From Mobula hypostoma (lineage: Eukaryota), in contig NC_086097.1 of assembly GCF_963921235.1 (NCBI RefSeq), forward strand, positions 195,860,001 to 195,924,000: a stretch of DNA of 64,000 nucleotides. Direction: 5' to 3'. The notes beneath the pieces are model-generated. The model was given only the letters and a program-made list of their open reading frames with translations. It was not told the origin of the DNA and ran no database searches. Every line of letters begins with the position of its first letter. Position 1 is the first letter of the stretch. Positions 39,850 to 52,290 of the stretch are shown in pieces. The position numbers were made by a program, and so were the translations under genes.

Positions 39850-41869
39850 TCAGCTTGCGATATTCCTCCCGGAATATAACAGTCTTCCTCGTCGTTTATC
39901 TGACCAAAGTCATAACCCACTCATAAACATGGAAAATTAAAAATTCCACTGCGCTGGTTTTGGTGCCAGTACTTAACAAGGCGTATTCAGGATTAGTAAT
40001 CAGAGAAGAATAACAACCCAAATGTGCAACAACAATAAAACTAATAAACAGTACAGGACGATACGTTATTAGGGAAAACAAGGTAGAATAGGTGTAAAGT
40101 GATATTTGTGGAGAAGCATTTTGAAACTATGACTTTCAGACATTGATCTGTATTGATGAGATCTATTACCGGAATGATCGCTCTGTCTACGGTGACAAAG
40201 CGGAAACTTAAGGGAATCATGATGATACAAAATCAGTGGAAGGGGGGAAAAGCCAAGCAACGTCAACATAGTTTGATGTTCAGTCCCAAAGTGTCAGAAT
40301 ATCTCACCATTCCTCTTGCAGCAAGCCGCGAGTTAGCTTTAAACTACTGTTTTAATATTGTATGAGATCGCATTTCGGTGCAATCCAAAGGATGTTGTAA
40401 TGCTGTAGATCTCTAAGTTGTCTTCCAATGTTTACTATTATTATAAGAACTTCGGTTGAAATGCAACAAAACTTATATCTTTGTCCTCTGTTGCCTAATG
40501 GTGTTAATTATCAAATCGAAAGCACTTTGTAATCAATCAGATCAATATATTCCGTGTAATGGCATTCCGACGACTACTGTCAGCAATCAATACGAATTGA
40601 GTTTTTTTTAATATTATTGAGTACATTGGCCAGCACTAACAACCCAAATCCTGGAATCTCGCTTCCATGGGATATAAAACTGTTGAATGCCAATGACACT
40701 GAGTGAAGTACATGAAAACAGCACCAGGTCCCTCGATACTAACTGCTTCTCGCCATGGGCATATCATGGGAAATTAGCTTGAAAGATTATATTCTTTCAA
40801 ACCGATTTCTCACGCAGAGTACCTTGCAGGATACTAACCTGAAGTCGATTTCGTGCATCTATACCGCTATCTTCCAAGCCATGGATAGCGTTAGGTTAGG
40901 AAACCAGTAAACCACTTTGACACAAAAGATTCCTAGAAGTTTGACCTTAACATTTAAACCACGTGAAGCAGTGACATCTTTTGACTTGCTTCTCCGTAAT
41001 AGAAAAAGTCAAGTCCTCTGAACGTTAGAACTTGTCTCGGAAGGATATTTGTACAAGTTTTCTCAAGTTCGCAAATCGGCATGTAATTTTAAACATGTTA
41101 AATTAACAAATACACAAGTACGCCTGTCCCTTGCGTTATGTATAAAATGTAAAAACGTGATGGATGATCGCGACTATCAGAATTGTTTACATTTTTTAAA
41201 TGTAAAATGATAAACACGTGTTCTTGTTTTCGATCTATAAAATGTGACCAGACATTATTAACCACAAAATGCACAGCTGAATTCTCATAAATCCTTTCGC
41301 ACATTTACTGTACACTGTCAGCGTCCTGAGGGGCCGCGGGTGATCATTTAGCATTTCCTGTCACATCCCTAAAGCAATTATCATGTGATTAGTTTTAAAT
41401 TTGCTGTGGCATTCCCACCCCCATGTCTCGAGCGTCTGAAAACGCAAAAGACGGGATCAGAGCTCCCCCGTGTGTTCAAAGAAGAATTTCGTGAGCCAGC
41501 TCGTGTTTTCTCGAGGTGCTGCCACTTTTACCTTAAGGATTACTGAAAAAATACCCAATTCAATCACAAATTCGTTCCCTTGGCCTTAAGACTGTTTCAG
41601 AATTACTTCTTTGACTTCATTAACCCTTCTCCTCTGGGTAAATTGAGGAATGGTAGGGTGGAGAGGATGAGAGGTACAGAGGACCTTTATTTTGCCTGTG
41701 TTAGGTACAAGGCCCATTCTCTTATACATTGTAGTGAAGAAGTCGACAGCAACTTGAAGCTTAACCTCTAAGTGGGTCCATATGTTGGCTGTACGTTTCC
41801 CAGAAACCCTGTAGATTAGGTTCACTCGGGAGGTTTATTGCAAGTGGAATATCAACCCTGCTACCGATG

Positions 41870-44577
41870 ACGCCTCCCAGTCTCCACGCAGCTAATAGGA
41901 TTTACTTATTTATTTAGAGATATGGCACAGAATAGGCTCTTCCAGCAACCCCCAATTGGGGCAATTTATAATGACCTATCAACCTATTAACCAGTACATC
42001 TTTGGAATGTGGGGGGAATCTGGAGCACCCAGAGGAACCTCACCCATTCCACGGAGATGACGTACAAACTGCTTTGGGGGACGATGGGACTGAACTCCGA
42101 ACTTCGACACCCCATTCCCACCCCCCTAGCTGTCATAGCATGGCATTAACTGCTACACAGTTGTGGCACCCCAACTCACCTGCCACTCATTCCAGACTCA
42201 TCATCTGCAGCTTATTTAACCCTGGTTCTCATCCACAGTCCTTGCTCACTCATCGAACCAGCCAGCCTCAGCCAGTCACCCCTAGCTTTCATACTCCCTG
42301 CTTAAAGTATACCTTGTTGCCTGTTATGACCAGTTATTGTTCTCTCTTGTGTTGTCCTCCTAGCTTGTTACTTAGCGGTCTATTATTAAAGTAGCCATTC
42401 ACCACTGAATCTTCTCTGCTGTGCTTTTGGGTCAAGCCTCCTCCACATTTCCTGACAGAATGAATGGAAACTGCTGAGTGACCCAGCATATGGAATGCGG
42501 GAGCATTGATGCCCATTATCATCTTGGCTTCTTGGAGCACTTAAAAGAGTTGCTGTCTACCTGGGAGGTGCCCACCAATCTTAAGAGCCTCATCACTCTG
42601 GCTGGCCGTATTTACAAGCGTCTTATAGAATGATCCACCAGATCTTCGGCCAAACCCCGAGTTCCATTCCCTGAAACATTTCAGACTGCAGGGCCCTCAT
42701 CAGCAATGCCTCCAGGACCCATGCAGCTGGAGAGAGCGCCCTTCGCACCCCCCCACCCCCCTTAAGTGCGACGTCAGTAGAGGAAAAATTTCTGCACCTA
42801 CTGCAGAGCAGCCAACCACCAATGCATCAAATGCCCACTGCATCAGGGAAATGGCGCCTACTGGTAGAGATAAGGGGCCTTCTATCTGGCACGCTCTCCC
42901 CAGCCACTCATTCCAGCAGCATATCCTGAGCCACTCTCTCTGTCCTCGTCTATGCTCCATTGGCTCTCCACACACAGGGATTCTGGCACAGCACACAATG
43001 TTCTGGATTGGACCCTGTGTAAGCAGTTTGGACTCCCTTCTGAGCCTATCTCTCACCTCTTCAATATCATGGCCATTGATGGACATCCCATCGGGTCTGG
43101 GATAGTAAGAATGTGTGACGCCAGTTCTGGTGGCCCACTGTGATTGTAGATTACATCAGTCCTTTGCTGCCTGCTCTCAGTGTGCCTGATCCACTTCCTC
43201 CAAATAGCCCCAACCAGTCCCTTGACCCTCGTGGTCCCACATCGCTATGGATTTCATCACAGGTTATCTACCTTCTTATGGGGCCATGATGATCATGACA
43301 GAGGTGGACTGGTTCTCCAATACAGCTCACTTCATTGCCCTCCCCAAGCTTCCATCAGCCACTGAGACAGCGAACCTGGTTCTTCAACATATAGTTGACC
43401 TGCACAGTTTCCCTCAGGACACTGTGTCAGACCAGGGTCCACAATTTGTCTCCAACTTCAGGCAAGCCTTCTGCTCCTTCCTCCACTGGTTATCCAATTA
43501 TCCACTAGTTATCATCCGCGCTCAGATAAAAGGAGCCAATCAGCCAGTGGAGAAGTTTCTGCAATGCTTTACCACCTCTAACCATGGATTAAGTATCTGC
43601 TCTGTGCCAAGCTGTCCCACAATTTACAGACTTCCTCTGCCGTGGGTATGTCATGCTTCGAAGTGCCTCGTGGCTACAAACCCCCATTGTTGCCCATGGG
43701 GGAGGTCCCATTCATCAGCGCCCTGCTGCCGGAATACCTAGAGGAGGACACGGAGGGCCATCCTATTCACCAAGCATGCTTGCTGCTGCCAGGCCAACCA
43801 GCCAGACTACTCCAACATGGAAACTGTGCTTGGCTGTCCACCCAAAATCTGCCCCTGTGCACCCACTCCTGCAAGCTCTCATCCGATTTCATTGGTCCCT
43901 TCAAGGTCACCCATGGCATCACTCTAGTCACTTACCATCTGCAGCTGCCACCATCCCTCAGGGTCACAACTATGCTCCACATGTCCTGCCTCAAGTTTGT
44001 TGTCAATGGACTATTCAACCGGCCTGAACCTGCACCTCTAGCACCTAGGATGGTGGAGTGTGTTCCAGTATCTATGGTTCACTGGTTGCTGCGTTCTTGT
44101 CACCATGGATGGGGTGTGTAGTACCTGGTCATCTGGGAAGGATATGGCCTGGAAAGGAGATCCTGGGTGCCATCCACCTACATCTTGGATCCATTACTCA
44201 TCAATGAGTTCCACTGAACCCAAGCGGATCATGGTGGGTCATCTTGAGCCAACAGTGGTGGGGGGGGGGCACCTCCCTGTCACCACCCAGCTAATGGGAT
44301 TTGCCTGCTGCTCATTCCAGACTCATCACCTGCGGCCTATTTAACCCCACTTCTCATTCACAGTCCTCACTCATTCATCAAAACAGCCACTCCTAGCTTT
44401 CACTCTCCCCGCCTAAATTTTCCTTGTTGCCTGCTGTATTTAGTTTCCATTCTCTCTTGCTTTTAGTGGTCCCCTCATAGCTTGTTATTTTTTGATGTAT
44501 TATTAAAGTTATCATTCACCGCTAAATTGTCTCTGCTGCTCTGCATTTGGGTTAGGCCTCCACTACATTTCCTGTCA
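41870..44577 (+). mobile_element. Degenerate chromoviral Gypsy LTR retrotransposon lacking RT/RNase H
   Basis: Similar LTRs (about 41870-42457, split by a SINE, and about 44278-44577); Gag knuckle CTYCRAANHQCIKC; protease DSG; integrase [28 protein letters not shown] motif; chromodomain [14 protein letters not shown]-rich PPT near 44260. Confidence 0.9.
41905..42172 (-). mobile_element. SINE inserted in the 5' LTR of the Gypsy element
   Basis: (TTTA)n tail; TCTTTGGAATGTGGG..GGAGCACCCAGAGGAA body is the reverse complement of the SINE type at 2903-3905; absent from the 3' LTR. Confidence 0.7.
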
Positions 44578-45092
44578 TGAGATCCAGTAAAATGCATCAA
44601 GGTGGATAACATCCACTCTACAATCTGAGAAGCAACCCTTGAATCACTGATAGGAAGCAGCTGAAGAAGACCCTCACCATATCTTTCCTTATGACAGACA
44701 ACTGAGAGAGATGAAATGGGCAGGATTTTCACCATGTGTAAACTCCAAGAGAAACACAGGAAACAAATCTACATGCTTTTTCACTACCATTTTAAATCCT
44801 CTGTGTCAATGGAATGCATCACCGAAGAATCTCTCTAAAATTTGGTTGCCATCAGAAATTTCCCTCCATGCTACATGATGGCAGTGGGAGACAGGACTGT
44901 GTATTTGCTTATGAATTTCCTCTCTAGCAAGCACTGGTACTTCAGTAGGTATAATCATCTGTTCCTGAGACCCTATTGTTTTGCAGTTGATTTATAACCT
45001 TTTTCTCTTCTTGTTATTCAGGGGTGTCAATGAGACTTCTTTTTTTCCCAGAACTGGGCTTTATTTTTATTCCCCATCCCTAATTTCCCTTG

Positions 45093-45264
45093 CAACACAC
45101 ACAAAAAATGCTGGTGGACGCAACAGTCCTGACAAATGGTCTCGGCCCGAAACGTCGACTGTACCTCTTCCTATAGATGCTGCCTGGCCTGCTGCATCCC
45201 CCAGCATTTTTTGTGTGTGTTGCTTGAATTTCCAGCATCTGCAGATTTCTTTGTGTTTGCCAAC
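45093..45264 (+). mobile_element. Penelope-type terminal repeat with inverted 5' segment and hammerhead-like core
   Basis: GCAACACACACAAAAAATGCTGG / CCAGCATTTTTTGTGTGTGTTGC inverted pair; CTGACAAATGGTCTCGGCCCGAAAC at 45129-45153; flanking TTTCCCTTG at 45084-45092 and 45265-45273. Confidence 0.7.
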
Positions 45265-45569
45265 TTTCCCTTGAGCAGTTTCACAGTTCTGTTGGATAGG
45301 AGGATTCCACTATTCAGAACTAGCAACGATGAAGGAACAAAGACATAATCCTAAATAAGAATGGATACAATTTGAAGGGGGAAATGTAGGTGATGGTGTT
45401 CCCATAGATCCAAAGCCTTTATCCTTCTTGGTGGTATCAGCTGCAGGTCTATGAGCTGCTGCAGGAGTAGCCCAAGTGAGTAACTGTAGAGTATCCTGTA
45501 GTTGGTCCACCTCGCAGCCAAAGTACACAGGTGTAGATGGAAGGATGGCAGATGTCAGTTTTTCAGGCA

Positions 45570-45693
45570 TGGTTTGTCTTGTGTTTCTGTGATATCATTC
45601 TGGAGGAACATTGTATCATTTCTTAATGCATGCATTACTAAATGACAATAAAAGAGGACTGCGTGTCCTCATGATCTAATCCAATCTAATCTA
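45570..45693 (+). mobile_element. Short retroposon 3' end with (AATCT)n tail
   Basis: Second copy of 20348-20424. Confidence 0.7.
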
Positions 45694-45730
45694 AACATGG
45701 GCTGTTTTATCCTGGATGATGTTCAACTTC

Positions 45731-46094
45731 AGGTGTATAAGATGATGAGAGGCATTGATCATGTGGATAGCCAGAGACTTTTTCCCAGGGCTGAAGTGGC
45801 TAACACGAGGGGGCATAGTTTTAAGGTGCTTGGAAATAGGTACCAAGGGGATGTCAGGAGTAAGTTTTTCACACAGAGAATGATGGGTGTGTGGAATGCA
45901 CTGCCGGCAATGGTGGTGGAAGTGGATACAATAGGGTCTTTTAAGAGACTCTTAGATAGGTACATGGAGCTTAGAAAAATAGAAGGCTATGCGCCAGGGA
46001 AGTTCTAGGCAGATTCTAGAGTAGGTTACACGGTCAGCACAACATTGTGACTCAAGGGCCTGTCATGTGCTGTAGGTTTCTATGTTCTATGTTC
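45731..46094 (+). mobile_element. CR1 LINE 3' end
   Basis: VYKMMRGID..TRGHSFKV..FFTQR..VWNALP..SFKRLLDRYM; (TTCTATG)n tail. Confidence 0.9.
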
Positions 46095-46152
46095 TTTGGT
46101 GATGCAGGAACTGTACTTATCCAGGTAAATGCTCCATCTCTTATCTGCTCTT

Positions 46153-46402
46153 TAGTCATACTCATAGTCATAGTCATACTTTATTAATCCCGGGGGAAAT
46201 TGGTTTTCGTTACAGTTGCTCCATAAATAATAAATAGTAATAGAACCAAAAATAGTTAAATAGTAATATGTAAATTATGCCAGTAAATTATGAAATAAGT
46301 CCAGGACCAGCCTATTAGCTCAGGATGTCTGACCCTCCAAGGGAGGAGTTGTAAAGTTTGATGGCCACAGGCAGGAATGACTTCCTATGATGCAGTGCTG
46401 CA
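46153..46402 (-). mobile_element. Rex1/Babar LINE 3' end, same family as 54538-55933
   Basis: Reverse complement of about 55683-55933 including AATAAAG(TATGAC)n tail. Confidence 0.9.
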
Positions 46403-48555
46403 TAACCATCCTTTCCAACTGCTTGCTCCAGTTAAGTTAACTTTCAGTGGTGACTCCCAGGCTATTAACACAGATGCTAAATTCTTACTTTTGGAAATAA
46501 CTGAGTGTTTCTTCCCACTTATCAATTCAGGCATGATAATATCCAAGTTTTGATGCTTGTTCCTCATTAGCTAAGATGGACAAAGCAAATGAGCACTGAA
46601 AATGTCCCATTTCTGATTTTATGACAGAGGTGAACGCATTGATGAAGCTGCAGAAAATGATTTTGCTAAGCTGAGAGACTTCTATAACAAAAGAGGTGAG
46701 ATGACTGACCTCCATCGTTTCCAGTCACCTTTGTTTCTGTCAATAGTTTTCTTCTTCTCCCCATTAGCATCAAGCCAGTCACACTCATTTCACATTAGGC
46801 AAACAGCTCTTTTGTCCAAGTTCAGGCGAAGACAGTAGTAACATCTGAAGTCATGTGGTCCTGGTGGAATTGAAGCTGAGCATCAATGTGTAGTTTATAG
46901 TGAGAACTGAAAAGAAACAAGTGGCTGATGATTGGCTGAATAGCAGATGTCCCATATTTTTGCAGACAAGATATCCTTAAAAATTCTTGCAGTGTTGGGT
47001 GGATGCCAATATTATAACTGTTCTGGAACAACTTGGCTTGAGTTACTTTTCTTTAACACCAGCAGGTATTGGTTGGCCATATCCTTAGCTCAGTGCAATT
47101 CATACAACCATTTCTTGTTCTCATGTAGATATTGGCTAATGGCAGGCTTCTGAAGAAATTGGGTCGAATCATATACTCAGCACTGCTGCTTGCAGATAAT
47201 TACTTATACTTTGTTGTTGCAATTTGTATTCATGTCTGTTTTAACTTTTACTAGATTAATTGGTTAATACCTTGTTTTAGTACAGTACACCTGGTTCTTG
47301 GCATGGTCTTCTATACTTTCCATTGAGATAAAGTTGATCAGCAGCTACAATAATGGATACACCAGGTCATGACAGCTACAGATTAAGGTAGAATACAGTT
47401 AAGTTGCTGCCGATGCCACACGATACCTCAGAGATGCTTGGTTTGAGGCACTAAATCTGTTCTGTGTCCATCTCATTTTACACAGTAGAAGTGCTACAAA
47501 ATATAATGGAAGGAGTACTCATTTCTAAGACAGGACCTAGTCCCTACAAGAACTATCCAGTAGTAACTTCTATTTTTACTGCTTTGGACAGAAGCATCTA
47601 CAATTAATTGACTGGTGTTGATGAGGTCACATGTTAATCCTCTCCAGAGCTGCCAATTGCATGATTAGCATGATCACAAACTAACATTTTTTTAATATGA
47701 CAATTGTGGATGCTACAGGGAATATAGTAATATAATTACATCCCAGAGAGATGGGAGAAAATAAGAGAGGGGGAGAGCATGGAAGAGGGAGAGGAAAACG
47801 GGAAGGGAGAAGGGGAGGGGAGAGAGAGGAGTCAGCAAATTGTTTTTCTCTGATTTTCCTTGCATTTTACTAAGGTGATTGTTTTCTCTTTTCAAGTTCA
47901 AGTGTATTGTCATTCATCCGTACACATGCATACTGCCAAACAAGACATTGTTCCCCGAGACCAAGGTGCACAACACAGTACATATAGCTCACACACAGTA
48001 CAATAAAGTAATATTACCACAAATAAATTAACAAATAATAAGGTGCATATATGATACAAATTCAAAATTGAACCATATAACGCTACAGGTGCTTTATACA
48101 TGATGAGACCTGGGTGGTGGCAGAGAGCACAGTAGACTTAATAGGCTGATACTTAATAGGAGGTGATACTATGCTTTTTTTTTTACCAACCACGTGGTAT
48201 TCAGGGACCAGGTGAGATCGTCCATTATGTTCACTTGATGCTCCTAATTCTCTCCATGCAGGAGTCATGTATGTGCAGTGAGGAATAGTCAGCCATCACC
48301 TTCCTAAAGTCCAAAATCATCTCTTTGGTCTTGTCCGCATTGAGACGCAAGTTGTTGTGCTCGCACCATTCCATCAGCCACTCTACTTCCTCTCTCATTG
48401 TCATTGTTGATGAGGCCAATCACGTTTGTGTCATCAGAGAGCTTGGTAATTCGGTTTGAACTGGATCTAGCTGTGCAGTCATGCATCAGCAGCATGAACA
48501 ACAGCGGGCTCACCACTCAGTCCTAGAAGGCACTGGTGCTCAGTGTGATGGAGTT

Positions 48556-49597
48556 TGTCATAGGCCTTGCACAAGTTTTCCACCTACTGTGATTAAGTAA
48601 ATGGACTCCCAATTAGCGCATGTCACGGGGTCCTTGTTTTTCAAGAATGATTTGTCTCATGGTATCACTGAGTCAAACCACTGACATTCTGTTGGAATTC
48701 TTTTTAATAAACTCTTGTTTCTGTCTCTACATGGGAGTCTGTCATTCCACTGCACCTGAATTCAGTTGCCTGTCAGTGCACATCATGACAGTAAGATCTC
48801 AACGTACAAATGGTAAATGGACCCAGCAGAGGTTCAGCAGCAGCATGGACTTCTGTCATCTGGAGGCAAAGGTACTTCCTATTCCCGAGGCTGCTTTCTG
48901 AAGTTCCCAAGACTACATTCCGAGTTTCCTGAGGCTACCTTCTGAGTTTCTCAAGTGCATGTTCTGAGCTTCTCTAGTCTATGTTCAAGGTTGTCAAGGT
49001 TTCCAGAGTCTCGCATTCCCTTCCAGGTTTCATTGGCATTTTCCATGTTCCAGAGTTTGATTCCATGTTTCTGAGTTATATGTGATGGTCCCAAGTTTAC
49101 CAGCCCTGTCTTAAGAGCATCAGGTCTGTCTCAAGTTTACCAGCCGTGACTTGAGACCATCAGATCTGTCTTGAGTTTACCAGTCCTTCTCAAAAGCAGT
49201 AGGTCTGTCTCGAGTTTAACAGCCCTGTATCGAGTTCCCCAGGGGTCCCTGGGCCATCAGGTGTTGGTCTTAGGAAGGGAGGTACTGTCATGAGCCCTGT
49301 GGGCCTGTGCTCTTGTATTTGTTAATTGTTGTCTTATCTGAAGTTGTTAAGCCATTGTAGTTTCTATTTAATCTTTTCAAGTTTATTTTGATTTTCCTCG
49401 TGCTGTGCTGTGGACTCCCAATTAGTGTTTATCAAGGGGTCCTTGTGTTTCAAGAATGATTCGTCAGGCAGCGTCGCTTGTTCAGGCCACCGACAGTCTG
49501 TTGGAATTCCGATGAATTAACGTTTGTTTGTGTCTGCATGGGAGTGCGCTGCTCCTCCGCACCTGGGTTCAGTCATCTGTCAGTGCACACCATTACA
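48556..49597 (+). mobile_element. 1042-bp non-autonomous Gypsy-like LTR element
   Basis: TG..CA termini; GGAGTT duplicated at 48550-48555 and 49598-49603; related LTRs 48556-48790 and 49286-49597; PPT AGGAAGGGAGGTAC; ATGGACCCAGCAG (MDPA-like Gag start) after the 5' LTR. Confidence 0.85.
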
Positions 49598-50580
49598 GGA
49601 GTTAGAGATGTTTCTGTCAACACAGACTGACTGTGGCCTTTCTGTCAAGTAGTTCAGGATCCAGTTACAGAGAGAGGTGTTGAGACCCAACAAGGGCAGT
49701 TAAACACCAGCTTCTGTGGTATGATTGTATTGAACGCTGAACTTATGTCAATAAACAGCATCCTGGCCTATGAGGTACCATTTTCCAGGTGGAACATGAC
49801 AGAGTGCAGAGCAGAGGTTATGCAATCATCAGCGGACTGATCTGAGTGATAAACGAACTGGCAAGGGTCCAAAGTAGCATGAATGTGGGATTTAATGTGA
49901 TCCATAATCAGATGCTCAAAGCACGTCATTATTATTGAAGTCAGTGTCACTGTACCGTAGTCATTGAGGCAGGTTCTGTCACCCCTTTGGGCACTGGGTG
50001 ATGGTGGCTGCCTTGAAGCCTGAAGGTCTTCCTCAGATCAGCTGTGGCCTTTGGGGGGTGGGTGAAAGTGGGGTCCTTCCTCACCGGCATATCATTCCAT
50101 GCATCAAACTGAGTATAAAAGACATTCGGCCTATCAGGAATAGAAGTGTCACTGTTGTCGACGTGTAGGGTGGATTTGTAGTCTGTTATGGTCTGAGTGC
50201 CCTACCACATGTGGCTCATGTCTCTGGTGTCACAGAAATGGCTATGTATTCTCTGTGAATAATCCAATTTTGCCTTCCTGATGGTGCAAAAAGCGCAGCT
50301 CTTGCAGACCTGAGAGCTATCATATCCTCCGACCTGAAGGCAGTATCCTGATCCCTCAGCCACACTTGGGCCTCTGCTGTTAACCATGGCTATGGTTTTG
50401 CCGTCACATAGATGTGTTACTAACAGTGATGACCTTAGAGCACTTCTCTATTTAGCCAGTCACAGATCTCGAATGTTCATCGATGTTAATATGATGGTCA
50501 TAGCTAGCAGCCTTCCTGAACTGTTTCAGTCCTTGTTTTCAAAACAATCCTGTAATGCTGAGGTTGCTCCTTCTGGCCGG

Positions 50581-51114
50581 GTCTTTGAACTGTTTTACCT
50601 CAGTCAATGGTCGGTATGTAGGCCTTTGAACTCTTTTACCTCGCTCAGTAGTCAGTATGGAGGTCTTTGAACTCTTTCACCTCATTCAATGGTCGGTATG
50701 CAGGCCTTTGAACTCTTTTACCTCAGTCAATGGTCGGTATGCAGGTCTTTGAACTCTTTTACCTCAGTCAATGGTCGGTATGCAGGTCTTTGAACTCTTT
50801 TACCTCAGTCAATGGTCGGTATGCAGGTCTTTGAACTCTTTTACCTCAGTCAATGGTCGGTATGCAGGTCTTTGAACTCTTTTACCTCAGTCAATGGTCG
50901 GTATGCAGGTCTTTGAACTGTTTTATCTCCGTCAATGGTCGGTATGTAGGTCTTTGAACTCTTTTACCTCGGTCAGTAGTCAGTATGCAGGTCTTTGAAC
51001 TCTTTTACCTCGCTCAGTAGTCAGTATGGAGGTCTTTGAACTCTTTTACCTCAGTCAATGGTCGGTATGCAGGTCTTTGAACTCTTTTACCTCGGTCAAT
51101 GGTTGGTATGCAGG
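50581..51114. repeat. Minisatellite, 13 copies of a 41-bp unit
   Basis: Consensus GTCTTTGAACTCTTTTACCTCAGTCAATGGTCGGTATGCAG; GAACT anchors at exact 41-bp steps from 50587 to 51079. Confidence 0.98.
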
Positions 51115-52014
51115 AATTAACCTAACAGATAAGTGTCAGAGAATCTGAGGTGAGGGTGAGGAGCAGTTTTGTATGCAGCAGTGATGTTGGTAAAAACCTA
51201 ATCTAATGTGTTGTCACCTCTTGCAGAAATTTGTCAGGGGTTTTTAAGCTCACATGGTTGAAGTTGCCCGCAAGAATAAAGAAACCTCGTGTTTGCGTTT
51301 TTAAACCAACAGAGTGTGTGGTTTGTTAAGTCACCGATGGTGCCATAGAGCTTACGCACTGCTTCCACAGCAGTGGCAGAGAGGGTAATGTATACAGCCA
51401 CAATCACAATCCATTGTTTATTCACATAACCTGTCCAACATGTGACAGATTTACTTTAGGTGGCAGTCTGAATGGAACAAGCCGGCTTTATTTGTCTAAG
51501 GACTGAATGACTTGTTTCTTTTACTGTCCATGAGATTTTGAAAGATCTTCTTTAGCACATCTTTCCAGATGAGTCAGTCCTCTGTCTCATGCACTTAAAT
51601 TCAGATATAATGAGAATATGATGTCCCTGAAAAAACCTATGTCTTTACTACTCTTATTTTAAATGTCATGGTAACACCTTTAAATTTCATGGTTAAAAGA
51701 TATGAATTGATGATCTGGTAACATGGGCTTAAAATTGTAGGTCAGTATTTCTTCCTTAAGTATACAGGTGAATCAGTTGACTTATTATGACAGTCAGTCA
51801 GTTTCCCGGTCTGTTTTATTAAACATAGGAGAATGTAATTGGCTTTAAATGACACTTTAAAATGGACAATAAGAATTTAGCCATTCATTCTAAGCTTGTT
51901 TTATTTTAATTTTCATTGCTTCACATTACTGAACTGGCAATTTCTTATCACTCAAATTGTAATCCCAACCAAATGCAATTCCAGTTGCAGAACTTTTCCA
52001 AACATTTTATCAAT

Positions 52015-52290
52015 TTATTTATTTGTTGATTGATTGATTGATTGATTGATTGATAGATATACAGTGCAGAATAGTCCCTTCTTGGCCCTTTGTCCCACAC
52101 CACCCAGCAGTCCCCCGATTTAATCCTAGCCTAATCACAGGACAACTTACAATGACCAATTATCCAGACAACAGGTACATCTTTGGATTGTGGGAGGAAA
52201 CCCACACAGTTACAGGGAGAACGTACAAACTCCTTACAGCCAGAAATGGGAACTGGTCCTGGGTCACTTATACTGTACTGTAAAGTGTTG
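52015..52290 (-). mobile_element. SINE with (GATT)n tail
   Basis: Similar to 41905-42172 (ACAATGACCAAT..TCTTTGGATTGTGGGAGGAAAC..ACGTACAAACT). Confidence 0.75.

Larger units (their letters stand above)
47890..51425 (-). mobile_element. Degenerate Rex1/Babar-type LINE (APE-RT) carrying two internal insertions
   Basis: IVAVYI, LIPAYRP, WPEGATSALQDCF, LTSIIMTCFEHL..LDPCQF, VSPLLF..KLSDDT, WCEHNNLRLNADKTKEMILDFRK; (CTTGAA)n tail at about 47891. Confidence 0.85.

Noticed and set aside
40872..40892. REST/NRSE-like site upstream of ADCYAP1
   Set aside because: Only about 14/21 match; the left half (TCAGCACC) is absent
50581..51114. CRISPR-like array
   Set aside because: Units are contiguous with no unique spacers, there are no cas genes, the context is eukaryotic, and the unit derives from the host LINE
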